A stretch of DNA of 64,000 nucleotides. Origin: Nitrososphaerota archaeon. GTDB lineage: Archaea; Thermoproteota; Nitrososphaeria; PSMU01. Position 1 is the first letter of the stretch; each line of letters begins with the position of its first letter. The notes below the pieces were generated by a model. The model was given only the letters and a program-made list of their open reading frames with translations. It was not told the origin of the DNA and did no database searches. Where the stretch lies: contig PSMU01000002.1 of the NCBI GenBank assembly GCA_040290255.1, forward strand, positions 64,001 to 128,000, written 5' to 3'. Positions 26,358 through 34,822 of the stretch are shown piece by piece. The position numbers were made by a program, and so were the translations under genes.

Positions 26358-28274
26358 CTGAAGAAGTCGAGGACGAAGCTCTTCGTCCTAGTCGTACTGC
26401 TGCTTCTCTCCAGCTCGATACCGCTGTCGCTGCTGCAGCTGGCCGCCCGAGGTCAGGCAAAGCCCCACTTCCCGCCCTTCTCCTCGGCCGCGCTGCACTC
26501 GGGCTTCGTGAGGGTCAATGCGCCGGAGGATTACGTTGACCTGTGGGGCCTGGAGGCTGGCCTGAGCTACCTTCCCGGCCCTGATGCAGCGGGAGCCCTG
26601 AACTTGGACCAGAACAGGAGGCCTCAGAACGAGCCCGCGGTCGCCGTCAACCCTTCGGACAACAGCAAGTACGTGGGCAGCGCCAACGATTACAACCTTG
26701 GGGCGCCCATCGGCACAGGCACTTATGCGCATATAGCGGGCTCCGCCACGCAGCTGGGTCCCCAGTTCGTGGTGACGGGCTTCCCTCCCTTCTCCCTTCT
26801 CACGGGCACGGGCCCCTCCTCGCCCCTGGCGAGCCCCTATCGCTTTCTAATAGAGGTGCCGTTCGGCACGGGCGACCCCTCCCTGGCCTATGGCAAATCT
26901 AGGGTCCTCCCCGGTAGGCCTCCCGTCGTGTACCTGGCCTCGTTGGGCTTCAGCTTCAGCTTCTGCGAGAACGGCGTCTTCGTCTACGCTTCCTACAATA
27001 ACGGCCTGACCTGGACCAGGCCCATACCGCCAGGCCTCGGAGGGCCGCGGTATGTGGTCGTGTACGAGGATAACGCGCTGAACTGTAGCGTCTTCCACGA
27101 TAAGGAGTGGATCACCGTGGACAATACCGGCGGCCCTCATGACGGCAGGGTCTACGCGACATGGACGCGGTTCGAGTTCGGCAACGGCGTCTACAAGAGG
27201 AGCCCCATAATGCTCGCCTGGTCGGACGATGATGGGCAGACGTGGAAGGGGCCCTTTGAGATCAGCGGCTTTTCGCCCCAGCTCTGCCCCGAGCAGGTGA
27301 CGGGCCCGCCTGGCGCGTGCGACGAAGATCAGTTCTCCGTCCCCGTGGTAGCCAGCGACGGTACCCTTTATGTGCAGTTCTTCAACCAGCAGGCGAAGGG
27401 CGCGGCCGCGCAGGGCTTCAGGGATCAGATCCTCGTGGTGCACGTAGACCCCGATAAGCTCGAGCAGGGCATGGCAGGGGCTATAGAGGGGCCCTACAGG
27501 GCGGTCTTTCCGGTCTACGATGGGCTGAACGATTACCCTATCCAGGCGGCGGGCACGGGCAGCAGGCAGACGCTCTGCAACTCCAACTTCAGGGTTAACT
27601 CCGCCGGCAACCTAGCCATCGGCCCAGCTGGCACAGGGGGCGCGCCTCCCAACGTGCAGCCCCTCTACATCGTCTTTTCGGACAACCGTCAGCACAAGGA
27701 TGAGTTCCCCTTCCCCACGCGCGTGGTCCAGACTTCGGGAGCCCCCCGGCCTGCTTTCGAGTGCCCGGCCGGAAAACAGACAAATGTAGACATCTTCCTG
27801 GTCAAATCCATCGATGGTGGCAAGACCTGGACGGAGCCCATAAGGGTGAACCAAGATGCTAAGGGGAATAATGTGGACCAGTGGTTCCCCTGGGTCACCG
27901 TGGACTCGAGCGGCGCCGTCTATGTCATTTACTATGATAGGCGGGACAGCGCTAACTTCCTACAGGGTAAGAGGGCGAATGGCATCGTTACCAGTACGCT
28001 AATTTCAAGGCCGAATCACTTGGCAGAGGTCTTCCTGGCCAAGTCCACGGACGGCGGGCAGAGCTGGACGGAGTCTCTCCTTTCCCAAACGCCCAGCAAC
28101 CTGGACGATGCCTTCTTTGGTAGGGGCGTGTTCATAGGCGATTACATCAACGTGGCCGTGAGCGGTGGGCTCGTCTATGGCCTCTGGACGGGCGTTGCTG
28201 CCAGCGTGAGCGGAAATGTCTTCAAAAGCCTCCGAACGGACAGCGACATATTCATCTTCGTCGGTCCGGCCTAG
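26358..28274 (+). CDS. Secreted Asp-box (BNR) beta-propeller, sialidase-like protein
   Basis: Asp-boxes SYNNGLTW, SDDDGQTW, SIDGGKTW and STDGGQSW. An in-frame signal peptide KKSRTKLFVLVVLLLLSSS runs from CTG 26358, about 20-25 bp after TTAAATA. Confidence 0.8.
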   Translation: MKKSRTKLFVLVVLLLLSSSIPLSLLQLAARGQAKPHFPPFSSAALHSGFVRVNAPEDYVDLWGLEAGLSYLPGPDAAGALNLDQNRRPQNEPAVAVNPSDNSKYVGSANDYNLGAPIGTGTYAHIAGSATQLGPQFVVTGFPPFSLLTGTGPSSPLASPYRFLIEVPFGTGDPSLAYGKSRVLPGRPPVVYLASLGFSFSFCENGVFVYASYNNGLTWTRPIPPGLGGPRYVVVYEDNALNCSVFHDKEWITVDNTGGPHDGRVYATWTRFEFGNGVYKRSPIMLAWSDDDGQTWKGPFEISGFSPQLCPEQVTGPPGACDEDQFSVPVVASDGTLYVQFFNQQAKGAAAQGFRDQILVVHVDPDKLEQGMAGAIEGPYRAVFPVYDGLNDYPIQAAGTGSRQTLCNSNFRVNSAGNLAIGPAGTGGAPPNVQPLYIVFSDNRQHKDEFPFPTRVVQTSGAPRPAFECPAGKQTNVDIFLVKSIDGGKTWTEPIRVNQDAKGNNVDQWFPWVTVDSSGAVYVIYYDRRDSANFLQGKRANGIVTSTLISRPNHLAEVFLAKSTDGGQSWTESLLSQTPSNLDDAFFGRGVFIGDYINVAVSGGLVYGLWTGVAASVSGNVFKSLRTDSDIFIFVGPA

Positions 28275-28280
28275 TTTTTT
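28275..28280 (+). terminator. Oligo-U terminator
   Basis: T6 directly after the TAG. Confidence 0.5.
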
Positions 28281-28390
28281 GCGAGACCTGCCTTATTGCT
28301 TTCTATCCCATCCCGCATGCTTGGGCGCGCACAGGCCATGGCTTGCCCTGGGGTTAAGGCTTTAATGAATTACCTCCGGAGCCCTGGCGG

Positions 28391-29341
28391 ATGGGCCATA
28401 GGCTACGGCTCTTCTTCACGACGGATGTGCATGCCTCCGAGGTCTGCTATCTCAAGTTCCTCAACGCGGCCCAGTTCTATAAGGCCCAGGTGCTGATCCT
28501 GGGCGGTGATATAACCGGCAAGATGGTCGTGCCCATCATAAAGCAGGGCGAGCATGGGTACATGGCCGAGCTGCACGGCAGCCTTCAGGTGGTTCAGCAG
28601 GACAGCCTTCAGAAGCTCGTGCAGACGATAAGGAACTCGGGCTACTATCCCTTCGTGCTGGATGCGGAGGAATTCGAGAGGCTGAGGGAGGATAGGTCAA
28701 GGGTTGATGCGCTCTTCAAACAGCTCATGGTGGATACCGTCAGGAGGTGGGTGCGCCTGGCCGAGGAGAGGTTGAAGGACAAGGGCGTGAAGGTCTACAT
28801 ATCGCCGGGCAACGATGACATCTTCGAGATAGATGAAGTCCTCTCGAGCTCGGACTTCGTCATAAACCCTGAGGAGAAGGTGGTGGAGCTGGATGGGTAC
28901 GAGATGATCACCTGGGGCTTCGTGAACCCCACGCCCTGGAGGAGCCCCCGGGAGCTCCCCGAGGAGGAGCTGTACAGGAGGATAGAGGCGATGGCTTCTC
29001 AGGTGAGGGATATGCGGCGCTGCATCTACAATCTGCACTGTCCGCCCTATGATACGCCCCTGGATGTGGCGGTAAGGCTGGACGAGCAGCTGAGGCCCGT
29101 CATCAGGGGAGGGGAGCCGGAGATGGTCCACGTGGGCTCCTTGGCCGTGAGGCGCTCGATAGAGCAGCACCAGCCCCTCCTGGGCCTTCACGGCCACATC
29201 CATGAGAGCAGGGGCGCCTGCAAGATAGGCCGCACGCTCTGCCTGAACCCTGGCAGCGAGTACGGCGAGGGGCTCCTCAGGGGGGCCCTTGTGGAGCTCG
29301 AGGAGAACAAGGTCAGGTTTTACCTGCTGACGCAGGGCTAA
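28391..29341 (+). CDS. Icc-like metallophosphoesterase
   Basis: TDVH, GGD, PGNDD, HCPP and GHIHE. Confidence 0.88.
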   Translation: MGHRLRLFFTTDVHASEVCYLKFLNAAQFYKAQVLILGGDITGKMVVPIIKQGEHGYMAELHGSLQVVQQDSLQKLVQTIRNSGYYPFVLDAEEFERLREDRSRVDALFKQLMVDTVRRWVRLAEERLKDKGVKVYISPGNDDIFEIDEVLSSSDFVINPEEKVVELDGYEMITWGFVNPTPWRSPRELPEEELYRRIEAMASQVRDMRRCIYNLHCPPYDTPLDVAVRLDEQLRPVIRGGEPEMVHVGSLAVRRSIEQHQPLLGLHGHIHESRGACKIGRTLCLNPGSEYGEGLLRGALVELEENKVRFYLLTQG

Positions 29342-29371
29342 GCCTTAATAGCGCCCGCGCCAGCCCGCGGC

Positions 29372-30343
29372 ATGAGGGGAAGGCGAAGCCTTCAGCCCGC
29401 GGACGCATTAAAATCCCCCAGGTTCGCCGGCATCACCACCTTCGCCAGGCTGCCCCACTCGAGGGACCTGAGCGAAGTCGACGCGGCCTTTCTGGGGATC
29501 CCGTTCGACGACGCGACCACCTTTCGCTCGGGCGCCAGGTTTGGGCCCAAGGCCGTGCGCGAGGCCTCGTTGCTGTTGAGGCCCTATAATGCCGCGCTCA
29601 AGGTCGCCCCCTTCGCCGTGCTCAACGTGCTCGATTACGGCGATATTGATGTCGTACCGGGCTATATAGAGGATACATACGCGAGGGTGGAGGAGCAGAT
29701 GGCTACCATAGCCGCCCGAGGCATTCGGCCCCTCATCTGTGGCGGCGACCATTCGATCACGCTGCCCGTACTAAGGGCGCTCTACAAGCGCCTCGGGAGG
29801 CTCAGCCTCGTGCACATCGATGCGCATGCGGACTGCTGGGATGAGTACTTCGGCCGCAAGTACAACCACGGCACGGTCTTCAGGAGGGCCCTGGAGGAGG
29901 GGCTCGTGGAGCCTTCGAGCTCCGTGCACGTGGGCATAAGGGGCCCCATCTACTCCGAGGGCGATTATGAGGAGGTCAAGAAGATGGGCTACCGCCTCAT
30001 CACCATGGAGGAGGTGAGGGGCAAGGGGCTTAATGAAGCCCTGCGCCAGATCCTCAGCATAGCCCAGGGCCCCGTCTACGTCAGCTTCGATATAGATGCC
30101 TGCGACCCCTCCGTGGCGCCGGGCACCGGCACGCCCGAAGTGGCCGGCTTCCTGGCCCATGAGGCCCTGAGCCTGGTGCGCTCGCTGTCCCCCCTCGAGA
30201 TCGTGGGCTTTGACCTCGTGGAGGTCTCACCTCCCTACGATGTGGCCGGCATAACGGCCCTGCTCGCCTCCAACCTCCTCTACGAAGCCCTAAGCGCCAT
30301 GGCCCTCAACGCCCTGAGGGGCAGAGGCAATGCTAAGCCTTAA
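29372..30343 (+). CDS. speB: Agmatinase / ureohydrolase
   Basis: GGDHS, DAHAD, SFDIDACDP..APGTGTP and DLVEVSP. Confidence 0.9.
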   Translation: MRGRRSLQPADALKSPRFAGITTFARLPHSRDLSEVDAAFLGIPFDDATTFRSGARFGPKAVREASLLLRPYNAALKVAPFAVLNVLDYGDIDVVPGYIEDTYARVEEQMATIAARGIRPLICGGDHSITLPVLRALYKRLGRLSLVHIDAHADCWDEYFGRKYNHGTVFRRALEEGLVEPSSSVHVGIRGPIYSEGDYEEVKKMGYRLITMEEVRGKGLNEALRQILSIAQGPVYVSFDIDACDPSVAPGTGTPEVAGFLAHEALSLVRSLSPLEIVGFDLVEVSPPYDVAGITALLASNLLYEALSAMALNALRGRGNAKP

Positions 30344-30372
30344 AGCTCCGCGGCCCTGAGCTGAAAAGGGGC

Positions 30373-31431
30373 TTGGCGAAGATCACGCTATACAGGGAGT
30401 ACGATGGCACCGTGCACGAGCTCGAGCTACCTTTGAGCAGCAAGGCGGAGATAGGTGCCTTGGCCCAGGAGCTGGGGGTGCCCAGCTATGTCGACCTCAC
30501 GAACCCGGTGGTGCAGATGGCTCTCGCCTCCCTTTGGGCTTCGCTGAACGTCCCGAGGCTCTTTAACGGCCCTGGTGATGCCAATTACGCCGATAGGCCC
30601 CTCAGCCCTCTTCTCTTCGGAGGTGCCGCCGTGAAGCTGCTGTGTCCCTCGGCCAACGCACCCCAGAGCCCGCTCAATAGGCCCATCAAGGACATAGACT
30701 TCGTCGTAGGCAAGGGCGAGGGCAACAGGTTCGTGCACATCCTGCTCAATCTCTCGAGGGCGCTGGGCACCAGGTACCACTTCTTCGCGACGAAGGGCGA
30801 TGCGATGTTCAATGCCCTCAGGGCGGGCTCCCGCTATAGGCTCAGGGCCCTTCTGGGGGTGCAGAATGAGGAACCTCTCCTGACCGTGACGGATATCTTC
30901 GTCGAGAGGGTCGAGATGAGGCACGCAATTCGCCTCCCCCAGGAGCTCTTTGCGGCTGGCCCTGGCCTAAGGTACACTATAGGGCCCGAGCTGCTCATCC
31001 TCACCAAGGCCCAGTTCATCACGGACCTTGACAGGAAGGACTTGCCGCAGCTGGAGGCGGCGGGCCAGGGCTTTAGGGTCCTGCATTATCCGCACTATAG
31101 GCAGGATAAGGTGCTGGTGGGCATGGAGGAGAAGGACCTCCTGGACATCTGCGCGCTCATCGTAGATGGGGAGGCCGGCGGCATCCCGCCGGATCCCGAG
31201 AGGTTCTCCAGGCTCGTGGGCAAGGATGAGAAGTTAAACCTTACGGTTAGGCTGAACTTGGAGAACATCCTTCGCAATGCGGAGAGGCTGAGGGCCAAGG
31301 GCCTGAGCGAGGGCCAGCTCTCAAAGCTGGAGGCCGGCGTGCAGGCGCTCCTGCGCGCACTGCCGCCCGTGGACAAGAAATGGAGCAAACCTTGGTGGAA
31401 CGTGGACGTCGAGACGCCTGTTATCTCCTAG
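30373..31431 (+). CDS. Uncharacterised nucleotidyltransferase-fold protein
   Basis: Pol-beta-like signature LFGGAAV...IKDIDFV, LILTKAQ...KDLLD, and C-terminal KWSKPWW. Confidence 0.62.
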   Translation: MAKITLYREYDGTVHELELPLSSKAEIGALAQELGVPSYVDLTNPVVQMALASLWASLNVPRLFNGPGDANYADRPLSPLLFGGAAVKLLCPSANAPQSPLNRPIKDIDFVVGKGEGNRFVHILLNLSRALGTRYHFFATKGDAMFNALRAGSRYRLRALLGVQNEEPLLTVTDIFVERVEMRHAIRLPQELFAAGPGLRYTIGPELLILTKAQFITDLDRKDLPQLEAAGQGFRVLHYPHYRQDKVLVGMEEKDLLDICALIVDGEAGGIPPDPERFSRLVGKDEKLNLTVRLNLENILRNAERLRAKGLSEGQLSKLEAGVQALLRALPPVDKKWSKPWWNVDVETPVIS

Positions 31432-32735
31432 CCCTGTAGCTGCCTTATGCAGGCGATGAGCCGCTCAACCGCGCGCTCGGCCGTGGCCTCATCCAGTATC
31501 AAGGGCGGCTGAAGCCTCAGCACATTTCTGAAGAGCCCGCCCACGCCCACTAGGTATCCGTTGCTTCTCATCAGCTCCTTCACCCTCTCGGCCGCCTCAG
31601 GATGGGGCTCTTTCGTGCGCCGGTCCTTTACGAGCTCCACCCCTATCATAAGCCCCTTTCCCCTCACATCGCCCACGTAGGAAAGCCCAGCTTGGGCCTC
31701 CCTTAGCCTGGCCATCATGAACGAGCCTATCCTTTCGGCGCGCTCCCAAAGCCTCTCCCTCTTTATCACGCGCAGCGAGGCTATGGCCGCCGCGCAGGCC
31801 ACGGGGTTGGCGAAGAAGGTGTTGAAGTGATCGCCGGGCTCTAGGGCGTCATCTATATTCTGCGTCACCGCTATCGCGCCCAGTGGCAGCCCGCCTCCCA
31901 AGGCCTTGGCCATGGCCATCGCATCTGGCTCCACGTCCCAGAGCTGGCAGGCAAAGGGCCTGCCGGTCCTGCCGAAGCCGGTCTGCACCTCATCCGCGAT
32001 GAGCGGCACGCCCCTTTCCGAGCAGACGCGCCTCAGCCTTGGCAGGAAGGTGTCCGGCGGCACGATGATGCCGCCTTCGCCCAGTATGGGCTCGGCTATG
32101 ACGGCGGCCACGTCGCCGGGCGCGAACTGGTCTATCAGCTGGCCCACCTCTTCAGCACATCTTTTCCCGAACTCGGCCTCGCCCTCCTCTCCTCCATACC
32201 GATAGTAATAGGGGCAGGGCCCGTGGACCACCCCGGGGAAGTTCGCATAGTTGCCCAGCTTGGCCTTATACCTCCTCTGGCCGGTGAGGCTCAGGGTAAG
32301 GCTCAGGCGCCCGTGAAAGGAGCCCCTGAGCGAGATGAGCGCGGCCCCGAGGCGCCCCTGGGCGCTGGCCAGCTTCTTACAGAACTTAACCGCGCCGTCC
32401 ACCGCCTCCGTGCCGCTGTTGCAGTAGAAGAGCCTCGCCAGGCCGCTGGGCAGGAGCTCCAGGACCTCTTTCGCCAGCTCCAGCTCGAGCTCATGATGGT
32501 AGTAGGCCGAGACGTGCATGTAGCGCTGGGCCTGCTCCACGACGGCCCTCACGACCTCAGGGTGGCAATGGCCGACGTTGTTCACGGCGATGCCGGAGAA
32601 GAGGTCCACGTACACCCTACCGTCCACGTCCTCTATGAGGAAGCCCTGGGCCCGCTTTATGACGATGGGATCCCTCTTGGGCAGGGCCTTAACCAGATAG
32701 CGGCCGACCTGCTCCAGCAGCTGCTGCGAGGACAT
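31428..32735 (-). CDS. Class III aminotransferase (4-aminobutyrate/acetylornithine-like)
   Basis: NSGTEA, GSFHGR, EPILGEGG, DEVQTGFGRTG and MAKALGGG. Confidence 0.92.
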   Translation of the reverse strand: MSSQQLLEQVGRYLVKALPKRDPIVIKRAQGFLIEDVDGRVYVDLFSGIAVNNVGHCHPEVVRAVVEQAQRYMHVSAYYHHELELELAKEVLELLPSGLARLFYCNSGTEAVDGAVKFCKKLASAQGRLGAALISLRGSFHGRLSLTLSLTGQRRYKAKLGNYANFPGVVHGPCPYYYRYGGEEGEAEFGKRCAEEVGQLIDQFAPGDVAAVIAEPILGEGGIIVPPDTFLPRLRRVCSERGVPLIADEVQTGFGRTGRPFACQLWDVEPDAMAMAKALGGGLPLGAIAVTQNIDDALEPGDHFNTFFANPVACAAAIASLRVIKRERLWERAERIGSFMMARLREAQAGLSYVGDVRGKGLMIGVELVKDRRTKEPHPEAAERVKELMRSNGYLVGVGGLFRNVLRLQPPLILDEATAERAVERLIACIRQLQG

Positions 32736-32782
32736 GGCCTGGTTAACAGCTGTGAAAATAAAAGCTTGAGGGGGGCCTTACG

Positions 32783-33046
32783 CTATGCTCGCTGCGAGAT
32801 GGCGGCCTCGATGGCCTTGACCACGTCTTCCGCGGTGGGGAGGCGCTTCGCCTCGTAGCGTGAGAAGACCTTCTTATCGTTCACGTAGATGTCGAACTCG
32901 CCCTTGTCCGCGGGCACCAGCGTGAGCTCCATATCCCTGTTGAACTTCGTGCCGTAGCGCGAGAGCAGCTCCTGGGCCAGCGTCAGCGCGGTGGGCTGGT
33001 GGCCGCAGGGCACGCAGTAGCTCATCTTGATGCGCAGCGTGGGCAT
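32783..33046 (-). CDS. SelW/Rdx-family redox protein (CxxC)
   Basis: ISYCxxC-like SYCVPCG, GEFDIYVN..VFSR and RLP. Confidence 0.85.
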   Translation of the reverse strand: MPTLRIKMSYCVPCGHQPTALTLAQELLSRYGTKFNRDMELTLVPADKGEFDIYVNDKKVFSRYEAKRLPTAEDVVKAIEAAISQRA

Positions 33047-33133
33047 GCCGGGGGCTTTGTGGTACGGCTTATACGTCTTTTGCCGGGCGCGGGCTAAACC
33101 TAATATAGGCTGGCCGGGATTTATTTATGTAGA

Positions 33134-34822
33134 ATGGCCACGCTCGAAGCCGAGAGGCCCTGGTTCAGGCACTATCCTGCTCATGTTCCGAGGAGCCTGA
33201 AGTTCACGACGGCCCCGCTGCAGAGCATTTTAGCTAGGGCAGCGCAGGAGCACCCGGCACATACGGCCACCATCTTTTTCGGGGCCAGGCTGAGCTATGC
33301 CCGGCTTGACGAGCTCGCATGGCGCTTCGCCAATGCCCTTAGGGGCCTGGGCCTGGGCAAGGGCGATAGGCTGGGACTCTTCCTGCCCAACTGCCCGCAG
33401 TACATAATATGCTACTACGGGGCCTTAAGGGCGGGCTGCACCGTCGTCCCCTTTAACCCCAGGTATAAGGCGGCGGAGATAGAGCGCCAGCTCACCGATT
33501 CCGAGGCCAAGGCCCTCGTGTCCCTGGATATCCTCTTCGAGGAAGTGGGGAGAGCGCTGGAGAAGGTGAAGCTCAAGCATGTTATCGTGACGCACATGCT
33601 GGATTATTTGCCCCCGCTGCTCAGGCCCTTTGCCAGGCTTAAGGGCATCAAGAGGCCCAGGTATGCCAACACGCTGGAGCTCGAGGGCCTTCTAAGGGAG
33701 GCCAGCCCCAGCCCCTTTGACGTCGCCATAAGCCCTGAGGAGGATGTGGCCGTTCTCCTCTACACCGGCGGCACGACGGGCACGCCCAAGGGCGCGATGC
33801 TCACACACCATAACCTGCTTTATAACGCGGCGCAGGCCAGCGCCTGGGGCAATGTGAAGCCGGCGAGCGATGCCACGCTGGCCGTGCTGCCCTTCTTCCA
33901 CAGCTACGGCATGACCGTGTGCATGAACAGCCCCATAATGACGGCCAACACCATGATCCTGCTGCCCCGCTTCGAGCCGAAGGAGGTGCTGAAGGCCATC
34001 AACAAGTACAGGCCCGCGCTCTTCCCCGGCGTGCCCGCGATGTACATAGCGCTGCTCAACCACCCCGAAATAAGGAAGTACGACCTGAGGAGCGTGAGGC
34101 TCTGTCTCTCCGGGGCCGCGCCGCTGCCCGTGGAGGTGGCCAAGCGCTGGTCCGAGGCCACGGGGGGCATGATAGTCGAGGGGTACGGGCTGACGGAGAC
34201 CAGCCCCGTGACGCACGCAAACCCCACCGACGACCTCAGCAAGGTAAAGTTCGGCTCCATAGGCCTGCCCCTGCCCGACACGGATGCGAAGATCGTGGAC
34301 CCCGAGGACTCCAGCAGGGAGCTGGGGCCCAGGGAGGTGGGCGAGCTGGCGATAAGGGGGCCGCAGGTGATGAAGGGCTACTGGAAGAGGCCCGAGGAGA
34401 GTGAGCAGGCCCTGAGGCAGGGCTGGCTGCTGACGGGCGATCTGGCCTACATGGACGAGGACGGATACTTCTACATCGTGGACAGGAAGAAGGACATGAT
34501 AAACGTGGGCGGCCTCAAGGCCCTGCCCAGGGAGATCGAGGAGGTGTTATATCAGCACCCGGCGGTAAAGATGGCCGCGGTGGTGGGTTCTAGAGATGAA
34601 AGGCTGGGCGAGGTGCCCAAGGCCTATGTGGTGCTCAAGGAGGGGTTCGAGGGGAAGGTGACCAAGGAGGAGATCATCTCCTTCTGCCGGGAGAGGCTGG
34701 CCGGCTACAAGGTGCCCAGGGATGTGGAGTTCAGGCGTGAACTCCCGCTCACGCTGGTGGGCAAGGTGCTGCGCAGGGTGCTAAGGGAGGAGGAGCTCGA
34801 GGGCAAGGGCCCTAGCGCCTAG
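33134..34822 (+). CDS. Long-chain fatty-acid-CoA ligase
   Basis: YTGGTTGTPKG, EGYGLTE, TGD, DRKKDMI and GKVLRR. Confidence 0.93.
   Translation: MATLEAERPWFRHYPAHVPRSLKFTTAPLQSILARAAQEHPAHTATIFFGARLSYARLDELAWRFANALRGLGLGKGDRLGLFLPNCPQYIICYYGALRAGCTVVPFNPRYKAAEIERQLTDSEAKALVSLDILFEEVGRALEKVKLKHVIVTHMLDYLPPLLRPFARLKGIKRPRYANTLELEGLLREASPSPFDVAISPEEDVAVLLYTGGTTGTPKGAMLTHHNLLYNAAQASAWGNVKPASDATLAVLPFFHSYGMTVCMNSPIMTANTMILLPRFEPKEVLKAINKYRPALFPGVPAMYIALLNHPEIRKYDLRSVRLCLSGAAPLPVEVAKRWSEATGGMIVEGYGLTETSPVTHANPTDDLSKVKFGSIGLPLPDTDAKIVDPEDSSRELGPREVGELAIRGPQVMKGYWKRPEESEQALRQGWLLTGDLAYMDEDGYFYIVDRKKDMINVGGLKALPREIEEVLYQHPAVKMAAVVGSRDERLGEVPKAYVVLKEGFEGKVTKEEIISFCRERLAGYKVPRDVEFRRELPLTLVGKVLRRVLREEELEGKGPSA

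Noticed and set aside
32783-33046. Possible selenoprotein (SelW)
   Set aside because: The motif is CxxC with no in-frame TGA.
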